From the NCBI GenBank assembly GCA_965240325.2, contig OZ251238.1, positions 558,001 through 622,000 on the forward strand: a stretch of 64,000 nt of DNA, written 5' to 3'. Below are positions 10,301 through 20,139 of the stretch, one piece after another. The position numbers were made by a program, and so were the translations under genes. The DNA comes from Rebecca billardiae RCC1528. Taxonomy: Eukaryota > Protista > Haptophyta. The notes under the pieces are model-generated. The model saw only the letters and a program-made list of their open reading frames with translations. It searched no databases and had not been told where the DNA came from. Numbering within the stretch: position 1 is the first letter of the stretch; each line of letters starts with the position of its first letter.

Positions 10301-13223
10301 GGCACCGCAGCGGGCACCGCAGTGCGCGCAGGTGCCGCAGTGGGCGCAGGCGGAGGTGCCGCAGTGGGCGCAGGCGCCGGTGCCGCAGTGGGCGCAGGCG
10401 GAGGACCGGGATGCGCCTCCTCAGGGCAGCAGGCCTGCGCTCCGCCGCGCACGCTCCGAGCCGGCGGACGGCGCGTGCGCGCGCTGGCGCGTCGAGGGCG
10501 GCGAGGCCGGCGCGTGTGCGCAGCGCCAGGGCGGCACGCGCGCGGTAGGCGGCGCGTGTGTCGCTGGCGGCGCGTGCGGCGGCCGTGCCGAGGTGCGCAT
10601 GGAGGGCTTGGCGGATGCACTGCTTGCACTCGAGGCGGAGGCGGAGGCGGAGGCGGAGGGAGGGCCGTCGAGCGCGGCGGCGCACGCCGCGCTCACTCAC
10701 GGCCCCGCGGCCGACCCCGAACACGGCCCACGCCGAGCCGGCCCGCTCGCGCGCGCGCGCGCCGTGCGCGCGCAGGTGGCCGCGCTGAGTGAGCGCAAGG
10801 GCCGGCTGCTGTGCCGAGAGCCGGGCGCGGCGCTCAGCTTGCTGCTGGCCGCGCTCGTGGCCACCGCGCCGCTGCGGCTGGCAGGCAGCGGCGCGGACGC
10901 GCCCGCGGGCGCGCGCGCGCACGCGACGCTCGACCACGCCGGCGCGCACGCCGGCGCGGCCGAGCTCTCAGCCGGCTGGGCGTTTGCGCGCGCGGACGCG
11001 AGCGCGGCGGCACTTGCGAATCGGACGCGCGCCGCGCTGCGCGACGCGTGCGCGGCGCGCGGCCGCGGCGGCGGCGGCGGTGGGGTGTGCGTCGGGCTCA
11101 CGCCGGAAGGGGGCGTGCCGGGCCGCACCCCGGAGCTCGCCCACTGGCTCGCCACGCGCACGCCGCCGCTCCCACGGGCGTCCCTCGCGATCGATGGCGC
11201 CATCACCCACCGTCGGTGGTCGGATGCGCGCGGGTGGAACTTTCACGGAAGTGGCGCGCCCGCGCCGCGCCGCGCCGTCGCGGGCGCCGACGCGGGCGCC
11301 GACGCGGCCTCGTCGGCCGATGTGGACGTGCACGGCACCGTACTGCTCACGGGCGCGCCGTGCGCGGCGGCGGGTGGCGCGGCCGAGGTGCTGGTGACGG
11401 CCCTCGTGCGCGCTGCCGGCGCGCACGCGTGCACGGCGCAGAGCCGGGCTGCCGACGATCGCCCAGCGTGCGTGCGGCCGATGGCGCGTGCGCCGCCCGG
11501 GCGCCGCGCCGCCAATGCCACCGCCACGCCGGCGACTGCCGCGGCGGCCTCGCGCGAGGCGGCGTCCGCCTCGCGCTGCGCCGCGCCCGGCGCGCGCGCA
11601 GACCGCCCGCCGGGCCTCGGCGCGCTGCGCAGCTACCTGCTCCTCGCCCTGAGCATGCACGCGGCGCGCGCCGCGGACGTGGCGTGCCGCGAGCGTGCGG
11701 CGCGCGTGCGCGCGCAGCTGTGTGCGCACGGCGCGACCGAGCTGGCGCTTGGGCTCGCGGAGCTCGCGGTCGAGGGCGCGCTGGGCGCGCTGGGCGCGGG
11801 CGCGCTCGTCGCGCTCGTCGGCGCCACCCGCGGCGCGCTGCGCGCCGCGCCCGTCCGCGCCGCGGCCGCTTTCGGCCTAGCGTCCACAGTGCAGGGTCTT
11901 GCGGGCGCGCGCCTCAGCGGCGGGCGCGTGGCCGTGGCGGTGGCGTGGGCGGCGGTGCTCGCCCCGAGCTGCGCGCTCGCGCTGGAGCAGGGCGTGGCGC
12001 TCGGCATGCCCGCGCCGCGCGCGGCGGCGGCGGCTCCGGGCGTGCTGCTGCGCCTCGCCCTGCCGCACGTCTCGGTGCTGCGTGCCCTGAGACCAATGTG
12101 TGCCGACGCCGCCGCCGCCTCCGCCGCCGCCGCCGCCGCCGAGCCCGCTGCCAAGCTGGCAGGCGGCGGCGTGGGCGCGCGCGCGGCGGCACACGGGGCT
12201 TGGCCGACGAGCGGAGACGATGGCGGCTGGGCCGAGTGCGGCTGGCTCCTCGCGGCCGCCCTCGTGTACGCGGCGCTGCTCTGCGCCCCCCACCCGCCGC
12301 CACTGCTCCGGCCGCGCGCCGCGGCCGAGGCCGAGCACCTTCGACCGCCGCCCGTCGGCGCGCCGCCGGCTGCGCTTGAGCTGCGAGGGGTGAGCAAGCA
12401 ATTTGCGCCGGCGCGCTGGTGCCCGCGTGGCGGCGGCGGCCGCGCCGGGGCCGAGGCGCGCCTGGCCGTCTCGGACGCGCACCTCCGCGCGCACGCGCAC
12501 GACCTCCTCGTGCTGCGCGGGCCCAACGGCGCGGGCAAGTCGACACTACTGGCGGTGGCCGCGGGCGCGGTGTGGCCGACGCGCGGCAGCGCGCGCGTGC
12601 TCGGCGGCCGCACGCTCGGCTACTGCCCTCAGGAGGCGGCGCTCGATGGGCTGCTGAGTGCGCGGGAGGCGGTGCGGCTGGCCGCGGCCCTGCGCACCGC
12701 CGCCGCCGGCCGCGCACCGCACCCCGCGACCTCACTCGATCGGCAGTGCGCGGACGCCCTCGCCCTGGTCGGCCTGGGCGCGCACGCCGAGCAGAGCGCG
12801 CGCACGGCCCGGCTGTCAGCCGCGCGCCGACGGCGCGTGGCGCTCGCGTGCGCGCTCGTGGCGCGGCCGGGCGTGCTTCTGCTCGACGAGCCGTGCGCGG
12901 CGCTCGACGTGCGCACGCGCGCGCGCGTCACGGCCGAGCTCCAGCGCGCCGCCGCAGCGGGCGCGGCGGTGGTGCTCGCGTCGCACGCCGGCGGCGCGCC
13001 CGCGCGCGCCGCCGCCGCCGAGCGACGCGGCAGCGCCTGCTGTGTGCGGCACGGGGAGGGCGGCAGCATCGCTGCCGAGGCGACGTCGTCGGCCGCTGCG
13101 GTCGCGGGCGGCCTCCATCCCCGCGTGTGCTGGCGGGAGGTGGCGATGCACGCCGGGAGGCTGCTGAGCTCCGATGATGATGCCTCCGAGACCGAGGCGG
13201 ACGACGAGCATCAGCAGCAGTGA
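7386..13223 (+). CDS. ABCA-subfamily full-size ABC transporter, highly divergent
   Basis: Two NBDs: GAAGAGKS/LSGGQRRRL/LLALDEP and GPNGAGKST/GYCPQ/LSAARRRRV/LLLDEP. ABCA-like N-terminal RALVRKEW...; unrecognised in-frame introns are possible. Confidence 0.75.
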   Translation: MRAETTASKRLWQGHPSSSPPARPDGARARAAWAHVAVCRALVRKEWREMVRPASSFALEAVLSATLLVLLLASTWQPAAASAAAHADRPGAAVALRTIATVGARWRSPRASFAVAPCNASAPAMGEVLADVMAELRATPPFFDVPCYPTRAALLAAGSGSAPGSAELVGGAVLRWARPGARAEGARAPSGCCEADVAYELVLSPRTRATPSAEPPFSLWATHAVESALENARLRARSDARPRRAAEGSPGAARASAARTAAREPPHAPVPRAGRVRVDLELGSLAALAGSGASPAPPSEQRSGPAQLRALLVPLALNLLLGIRLRAAYAHAAAERAGGAHSRRGALRALGVGPCAYVPTVLGASAARALCVAAPFLAAAMLLTAQRGGGGGGVGALGAGGWRAGFRLGSALLAGSLATHAAALALACAATASARAGASPGAVYQLYVAAAIGGAPLAHAGRAAGAAGAAGVLLLPPCALHAALLGSAQGAPASAIPWGVALSALLAHTAVWCALAIRADGAHGAAAARAYPTEPGAAVCARELVGPAGCARAADGTPAVSGVSLDVRAGQIVAIVGAAGAGKSSLLRMLSRQAAPAGGALRTCADGADDGAGGRCCRAARGRGAVRAAAHRLGACDQDEWLWGQLSAAEHVELACALRDASARACGEAEAHTEAEPTACGRARPAAAAEDGWCASARPAAIGAAPTRGCVAMALAQVGLGGSLAHARAATLSGGQRRRLSLAMAVARAPRLLALDEPLRGLDGTARARVCALLRRAVAGRGARGGGGGGGAAVLWATHEHGFAELLAHAFIALGPSGAPIATPAPRVRVLAQLGAGARARFDLCALGAAPHATAPRGAGAWKACERARRRAEHVLREHGAALACVCVQADTAAGRAPALLLRAPPTLSGERALRAAVRALRAARVDARAARRARCGAVPAPSVRGLPPPPPRGTASYPPAVAGHAAASQPTAPQRAPQCAQVPQWAQAEVPQWAQAPVPQWAQAEDRDAPPQGSRPALRRARSEPADGACARWRVEGGEAGACAQRQGGTRAVGGACVAGGACGGRAEVRMEGLADALLALEAEAEAEAEGGPSSAAAHAALTHGPAADPEHGPRRAGPLARARAVRAQVAALSERKGRLLCREPGAALSLLLAALVATAPLRLAGSGADAPAGARAHATLDHAGAHAGAAELSAGWAFARADASAAALANRTRAALRDACAARGRGGGGGGVCVGLTPEGGVPGRTPELAHWLATRTPPLPRASLAIDGAITHRRWSDARGWNFHGSGAPAPRRAVAGADAGADAASSADVDVHGTVLLTGAPCAAAGGAAEVLVTALVRAAGAHACTAQSRAADDRPACVRPMARAPPGRRAANATATPATAAAASREAASASRCAAPGARADRPPGLGALRSYLLLALSMHAARAADVACRERAARVRAQLCAHGATELALGLAELAVEGALGALGAGALVALVGATRGALRAAPVRAAAAFGLASTVQGLAGARLSGGRVAVAVAWAAVLAPSCALALEQGVALGMPAPRAAAAAPGVLLRLALPHVSVLRALRPMCADAAAASAAAAAAEPAAKLAGGGVGARAAAHGAWPTSGDDGGWAECGWLLAAALVYAALLCAPHPPPLLRPRAAAEAEHLRPPPVGAPPAALELRGVSKQFAPARWCPRGGGGRAGAEARLAVSDAHLRAHAHDLLVLRGPNGAGKSTLLAVAAGAVWPTRGSARVLGGRTLGYCPQEAALDGLLSAREAVRLAAALRTAAAGRAPHPATSLDRQCADALALVGLGAHAEQSARTARLSAARRRRVALACALVARPGVLLLDEPCAALDVRTRARVTAELQRAAAAGAAVVLASHAGGAPARAAAAERRGSACCVRHGEGGSIAAEATSSAAAVAGGLHPRVCWREVAMHAGRLLSSDDDASETEADDEHQQQ

Positions 13224-13327
13224 TCGTCACTGACTCGTCAGCAGGCGGCGGCGGACGAGCGCATCGTCACTCATCAGCGCCGGCAAGTCGTAACTCGCCG
13301 GGTGGTCATGCGCATATATATATATAT

Positions 13328-13788
13328 GTCTAGCCGTCCTCGTGAACGCCGACGCCAACTGCTGGCCGAAGGTGGGCACGCCGCCTGGCATGTCGATGCC
13401 GAGGCGGCTGCGTGTGTTCCTACTCAGTGGGATTTACGTGTCCTCATGCCTTGGCGAGCGGCAGCAGATGCGGTGGGCATGCCGCTCGCCGTGCCGAAAG
13501 ATGTTGGTCGGTGCACGCGACGCGCCACCCGCGTGCGAGCCGCCGCCGCCGGCGACGCAGGGCCACGAGCCCGGCTGCAGCCATCTCGCGCGCCCGCGCC
13601 TGGCGAAGCAGCCAGGGGGCGCCGGAAACAGCAGATCTCCGCGGCGACAAACCCGGACAGACTGTTTGTCCGGGAGCAGCGCTTTGAGGCGATGGTCTGG
13701 TAGAGGGCGATGTGGCTGATGAGCGGCGCTGGCGCCCGGCGTTCTTGTCGTCCTCTTAGACAATCAGTTATTGTACCAATAACCCCAC
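13328..13788. mobile_element. Dispersed repeat 'E', short copy (GTCTAG...CCCCAC) inserted in a TA tract
   Basis: Left and right parts are near-identical to those at 21193-21839 and 21840-22848; ATAT on both flanks. Confidence 0.8.
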
Positions 13789-14163
13789 ATATACGCAGAC
13801 ATCAGCATCAGCAGTGTAGTCATCAGTCGTCGTAGTCGTATAAGACGACTACTACATCTGAGCACAGTAAACACGCCCCAGCGGCGGAGCGGACAAACAA
13901 AACTGCTTGGGAACCGGCCGATTTGGCAGGGCGATGGCGGGATCTCAGTCTTCCGCCCGAGGCCTTCCGCCGTCGCTCGGCCGCTCTAGCCGGGCCCACG
14001 GGCGCGATCATCCGTGGGCCCATCCCGTACTGGGCGGACCGTATAGCTGGCCATTACATGGGACACTAGCTCGGGTGTCGCGCCACGACTCTGCCACGAG
14101 AAGAGCCCGCGTCCGAAGCAGGCGTGTTCGAGCTCGCAGCAGCACGCGACCGACATGTGATGC

Positions 14164-15554
14164 TTGCTCCCACCCGTCCCGATGGATGGCGGGCCTGGGT
14201 GGCTATCTGAGTGGGTGATTGGGTGCCAAGACTTGCCCGCATGCCTCTTCGGGACGGCTGGAAATGTCTCGCCCCCAATATCCTCCACCTCAAAAGTGCT
14301 GCACTTTTGTGGGCTCGAGCGGCACATCGAGCGCATGCCCGTCGGGTCACATCCTCAAGCAATCAAGGCGGACTTGAGCGTTGTTTGTGACGCGCCTGGT
14401 GTCCAGATGTCCATCGAGTGCGTGCTTCTTGTCCGACCTGGCGGTTCATGCCTTCACATCTACGATGTTTATGGATCGGACGCAGGTGATGGACTGCTGC
14501 GAGAGCTCTGGACAGCGACGGCCAGTACACCAGGCGAATGGTGCCGACCATGGCTGACGGTGCGTGTGCCTGCACACTTCGGGCGTGCTTTCGAGCGCCC
14601 ACCTCCCCGACCGCCAGCGCCTCTGCTTCCCACGCTAGGGCTGCATGATTCCCACCCAGTTTTGTGCTCATGCAATGATGCCGTCTGCGCGGCCCGTCTG
14701 CGCACGCGCGCAGAACAGCTCGTTTGCGCTGACTCAGGGCGACCTGAGCGAGCTTGACTACCTTCACGACCTCGTTGCGCACTTGCGCACTCGACGACGT
14801 GCCGAGGTCGCGGTTCTGCCGATGGTTGCATCTCGTTCACGCGCACATCACAGCAGTGTGCATCAGTCGGATGACCGTGACGAATGCGAGCAGCTCAGCG
14901 AGGCACAACCATGCCCAGTCGGGTGCGCTTTGGGGTGCCGCGCGAGTGCGAAGGCCTCGCATTCCACGATTCACATCGCTCACGTCACCCTCTCTGCGTC
15001 GACCCACTGCCCACGCGCTTCGCGCGCCGTCGCGCAGATCACTGCTCATCAGCTTGCAGCTCAAAGGAGACGAAGCGGTCGCGGCAGTGCGCTGGCTCGT
15101 CGAGCTGACGTGCCGCGGTCGCGGCAGCTGGGCGCCAGCTTGGCAGCTCGTGTGCGCTCTTCTTCCGCGAGCAGCTGCCGGCCTGCTTCAGCTTCGTGGG
15201 CAAGCGCGCGCGATGTCTTTCCGCGGGAGTGCGCAGGGTGCAGCTGCGGCAGCAAACGCATCGTGCTCGAGCAGCGCGCGAGGAGGCGGCACGGGCGATT
15301 CGAGGCTCATTCGAGTCGCGGTGACTCTGCCAGGGCATATACTCTCCACACCTCACCTACCGAGCTGGACCCTGTCTTCGCTTCCTCCAGCGATCCGCGC
15401 GCGCACACGCGGTGTTGACAGCTCGATCAGCCAGTCAGCAGTCTCGGTGCCGTTCGGCGCCGAGCTCGAGGACGGGCAGGGCGAGCAGCTGCGCTGGCAT
15501 GAGAGCTCTCTGACGCTTCTGACAGGGCGCTATGCGTGTCTAGCTGTCCGCTGA
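14164..15554 (+). pseudogene. Fragmented or decayed coding sequence of unknown function
   Basis: Successive overlapping ORFs with protein-like composition in shifting frames; no recognised motif. Confidence 0.25.
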
Positions 15555-15719
15555 CATGTCCCAGTCGCCGCAGGCCCTCCGTGGGCTCGGCCATCGAGCC
15601 TCACGCGAGCGACCCGCGAGGCGGGCGTCCGCCATTTTGTTTGTCCGCTTCGCCGCTGGGGCGTGTTCACTGTGAGTTGAAACTAGAGAGTGAGTTGCAG
15701 CCGCCGCTGCACGCCGGCA

Positions 15720-16771
15720 GAGGCCACTCGAGCGACTTCGTGTCAGGCGAGGCAGATCGCGCCAGTGCGAGGCGAGGCAGACGCTCGCCTGCCTCGCCTC
15801 GAGGCGAGGCAGCTAAGCTAGTAAAGCCGCGGCCGAACTTTACGAAAGCCAAATGTCTGCCGAGGCGCCGCCGGTCTTCGCGCACGGTGACAAGGGCGCG
15901 CGAGGGCGCTTCCTCACGATCCCGAAGAGCGCTGCGCGCGGCGTCGCGTTGGCGGCGGCAGCGGCGCTTGGGTGTATCTTGCCCATTCTGCGTGGCGGCG
16001 CGCGCTCATGACGCCTCGGCCGCCGCCACGCCATGCGCGACCAGGCGTGTCGCCTTCTTGACGGGCAGTGCACACGCCCTTGCAACCGCACAGCCGTGAA
16101 GAGCCGAGAGCGTCCGTCGCGAGCACGCCGCCCACGCGGGATGCGTTGTCAGGACTATTCGTATGACACTGGGTGTTCACGCTCTGGCATGTGCAAGCCA
16201 CGATGACCATGGGTAGCAGCTACGACGAGCAATGCTCACCTGCATTTCAGCCGATGACAACCTCTCGTTCAGCGATCTTGACTGCACTGAACGCATGGCG
16301 AACTCGGCGGAGCGCATGCGCAAGGTAGCTTCGTTGATATCACAACGCATCCCGCGTGGGCGGCGTGCTCGCGACGGACGCTCTCGGCTCTTCACGGCTG
16401 TGCGGTTGCAAGGGCGTGTGCACTGCCCGTCAAGAAGGCGACACGCCTGGTCGCGCACGGCGTGGCGGCGGCCGAGGCGTCATGAGCGCGCGCCGCCACG
16501 CAGAATGGGCAAGATACACCCAAGCGCCGCTGCCGCCGCCAACGCGACGCCGCGCGCAGCGCTCTTCGGGATCGTGAGGAAGCGCCCTCGCGCGCCCTTG
16601 TCACCGTGCGCGAAGACCGGCGGCACCTCGGCAGACATTTGGCTTCCGTAAAGTTCGGCCGCGGCTTTACTAGCTTAGCTGCCTCGCCTCGAGGCGAGGC
16701 AGGCGAGCGTCTGCCTCGCCTCGCACTGGCGCGATCTGCCTCGCCTGACACGAAGTCGCTCGAGCGGCCTC
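15720..16771. mobile_element. Foldback (MITE-like) element with 430-bp terminal inverted repeats, copy 1
   Basis: Arms 15720-16149 and 16342-16771 are reverse complements; GAG...CTC termini; CGGCA direct repeat on both flanks. Confidence 0.92.
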
Positions 16772-16869
16772 CGGCAGCGGCAGCTTCACGACCACCTTCA
16801 GACGTTCGCTTGGTTCGTATACCGGTAGCGGTGCGGACAGCGCTGCAGCCTGCGTTGACAACTGCGCAG

Positions 16870-17880
16870 GGCACGCATCAAGCGCGCGCCCCTACTGTCT
16901 ACTGAGCCTCGGACCGTGTAAGGCTGGTGGACGGCCGCGTAAATAAACAGCTGCAGGCGAGGCCCGGTGCGCAGATCCAGTCGAGCAACACTGATCTGCG
17001 CGCCGCCGCCGAGAGTTGCAGCAGCAGGGGCAGGCAGCCAGGTGACAACCGCGCAGGGCACGGCACGCATCAAGCGCGTGCTCCCACTGGCCTCGGGCTG
17101 TAGGGCTGGTGGACGGCCGTAAACACTTGCAGGCGACGCCCGGTGCGCAGATCCAGTCGAGCAACACTGATCTGCGCGCCGCCGCCGAGAGTTGCAGCAG
17201 CAGGGGCAGGCAGCCAGGTGCCAGCCGCGCAGGGCACGGCACGCATCAAAACAGTTACAGGCGAGGCCCGGTGCGCAGATCCAGTCGAGCAACGCCGTCG
17301 CAACACGGACCGGCGCGCCACTCCGTCCGGAGGAGAGATGTAGAGAGTTGCAACCGCCGGGGCAGGTGACAACCGCGCAGGACACGCGTCAAGCGTGCGC
17401 CTCCTGAGCACCGGACATGAGAGCGGCCGTTATCAGTTGCAGGCGACGCCCGTCGTGCGGATCACTCGATCACTCGTCGAGCCGTCGGGCTGTAGGGCTG
17501 GTGGACGGCCGTAAACACTTGCAGGCGACGCCCGGTGCGCAGATCCAGTCGAGCAACACTGATCTGCGCGCCGCCGCCGAGAGTTGCAGCAGCAGGGGCA
17601 GGCAGCCAGGTGCCAGCCGCGCAGGGCACGGCACGCATCAAAACAGTTACAGGCGAGGCCCGGTGCGCAGATCCAGTCGAGCAACGCCGTCGCAACACGG
17701 ACCGGCGCGCCACTCCGTCCGGAGGAGAGATGTAGAGAGTTGCAACCGCCGGGGCAGGTGACAACCGCGCAGGACACGCGTCAAGCGTGCGCCTCCTGAG
17801 CACCGGACATGAGAGCGGCCGTTATCAGTTGCAGGCGACGCCCGTCGTGCGGATCACTCGATCACTCGTCGAGCCGTCGG
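16870..17880. repeat. Tandem repeat with 392-bp period (17093-17484, 17485-17880), built from shorter related subunits
   Basis: Identical blocks 392 bp apart; recurring CCCGGTGCGCAGATCCAGTCGAGCAAC subunit. Confidence 0.9.
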
Positions 17881-18383
17881 ATCAATCGTCGAGCGTTACA
17901 GATCGGTCATCGGCCGCACGGTCGCGAGGTGCAGGCGAGGTGCAGGTGGAGGGCGGCCGTCGACAGTTGCAGGCGACAGGGCGTGAGCATCCTGCTCACA
18001 CATCACCCCGACGGTCCACACCCTCGGTCGCAGCCCCGCGGCGCCCGCGGTGGCATCTCGACCTCCCGTCACGGCGGTCAGCCTGGCCCGAGCGGGCCCC
18101 TCTACTTGACGAGCGAGTATCATCCGGCGGTTGCTGTTCAAATGAGCCGCCTAACTTGAGTCGCGTCGACAAGTGTGCACGTTAAAACATAGTAAACTGT
18201 AATCGATCGACGGACCCTGATTGGCCCTCCATGTTTCGTCGAGAAGAATTTTCCTTCGGACGAACGGCAACTCGAGCGGAAAACATAATACATCGCGCAG
18301 CCATCACTCGACAAAAGCGTACTCCGAATCTTTTCTTTCGAGGCCACTACGTGCGAGGACTGTCCCAACTGCAGGCACAGTGG

Positions 18384-18520
18384 GTAAAACTCGTCGAAAC
18401 GATTGTTTGGCAAGTAAAACCCGGCGAACCGATGGTTTTTCGGAGTAACATCCGTCGAACCGTTGGTTTAGCGAGTAAAAACAGCCGAACCGATGGTTTT
18501 TCATAGAGAAAACTCCGAAT
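18384..18520. repeat. Degenerate ~30-bp tandem repeats (GTAAAA..CGAACCGATGGTTT), possibly transposon subterminal repeats
   Basis: 4-5 visible units in an AT-richer tract. Confidence 0.6.
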
Positions 18521-19023
18521 TGTGGGCATTTTCGTAACTAACCCGACATCTGTGCCGCGGATCCACTTTACACGATTAAGTAGAGTAGATAAGATACGAA
18601 TTCATGGTTGTATAACCGCTCGGTTATGCGGGTATAACTCACCGGTAGCCCTCATGAGGGCGGGCTGGCAGCCAGGGTCCGGCTGCCTGGAGGTTTTCCG
18701 GTCGTCAAGCCGAGCCAGGCCCGGATTGGGCGCGGGCCTGGATTGGCTCAGCAGCTTGGCAAGCCATGCGCGTCTGGGTGCGGCCGCGCTCGCTGGCTGC
18801 ACCCGCGGCGCGGCGGCCGGCGTGGCTGCTCTGGTCACCGCTGCGCTGGTGGCTGCTCCTCCTCTGGGAGTTGTTTCTTCCAGGTGCGTGTGCGTCGGCG
18901 GTAGGCCGCCCTCAGCCCTCGCTCTCTCCACTCGTGCACCTGCCCTGCTTGCTGCCAACGCGCGATCGGGCTGTCTGTCGCTTCTGCTCTCTGCGAGGGC
19001 ACCTCGGACCCCTCCGGGTGCTC

Positions 19024-19340
19024 TCTGCTTTCGATGGGGGCGCCTCGGAACCGCTTCGAGGCGTCCCCGTCTGCAATCGTCCCATGCTCTGCTTTCGATG
19101 GGGGCGCCTCGGAACCGCTTCGGGGCGTCCCCGTCTGCAATCTTCTCATGCTCTGCTTTCGATGGGGGCGCCTCGGAACCGCTTCGGGGCGTCCCCGTCT
19201 GCAATCTTCTCATGCTCTGCTTTCGATGGGGGCGCCTCGGAACCGCTTCGAGGCGTCCCCGTCTGCAATCTCCGCATGCTCTGCTTTCGATGGGGGCGCC
19301 TCGGAACCGCTCCCAGGCGTCCCCGTCTGCAATCTTCTCA
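19024..19340 (+). repeat. Array of five 64-bp hairpin-containing units
   Basis: Unit TCTGCTTTCGATGGGGGCGCCTCGGAACCGCTTCGAGGCGTCCCCGTCTGCAATCTTCTCATGC at period 64. Confidence 0.95.
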
Positions 19341-19814
19341 CGCTTCGCAGTCTCGCTTGCCTTCATCGCCTGGCGGGTGGGTGCTGCTCTCTCCTTCTCT
19401 GCCGCCTCCTCTGCAGTCTGCAGTGCACTGCTGTGTGTGGGGATGCGACCTGCTACCTTATCTGACGCTACGCGTGCGCGTGCGTGTCTCGCGCCTGCTT
19501 CCCGCCTGCGCCGCCGCCGCCGCGCATGTCTTTGTGCCTACTCGTCGCACTTACCGTCGGGTTCGTCCTCACACAATCCTGCGGGGAGCCCCTCTGGGCC
19601 TCGGCCGCCTTCGGTCCTCGCGCTACCCCCGGCGGCCTCGGCCTCTTCGGGCCCCCGGCCACCACCCCTACGGGGTGTGGCATTCCACACCTCCTTCTGG
19701 GTGGAGGCCCTCGAGGCCTCTGCCCGGGAGTTGTTTCTTCCAGGTGCGTGTGCGTCGGCGGTAGGCCGCCCTCAGCCCTCGCTCTCTCCACTCGTGCACC
19801 TGCCCTGCTTGCTC

Positions 19815-20139
19815 TCTGCTTTCGATGGGGGCGCCTCGGAGCCGCTTCGAGGCGTCCCCGTCTGCAATCTTCTCATGCTCTATCTGCTTTCGATGGGGGC
19901 GCCTCGGAGCCGCTTCGAGGCGTCCCCGTCTGCAATCTATCTTCTCATGCTCTGCTTTCGATGGGGGCGCCTCGGAACCGCTTCGAGGCGTCCCCGTCTG
20001 CAATCTTCTCATGCTCTGCTTTCAATGGGGGCGCCTCGGAACCGCTTCGAGGCGTCCCCGTCTGCAATCTTCTCATGCTCTGCTTTCGATGGGGGCGCCT
20101 GGGAACCGCTCCCAGGCGTCCCCGTCTGCAATCTTCTCA
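19815..20139 (+). repeat. Second array of five 64-68-bp hairpin units
   Basis: Same unit; two copies carry a 4-bp insertion. Confidence 0.95.

Noticed and set aside
13716-13745. Hammerhead ribozyme core (CTGATGAG followed by a short stem) in repeat E
   Set aside because: No GAAA follows stem II, so the catalytic core is incomplete
19024-20139. CRISPR-like hairpin repeat array
   Set aside because: The sequence between hairpins is constant (no unique spacers), there are no cas genes, and the context is eukaryotic
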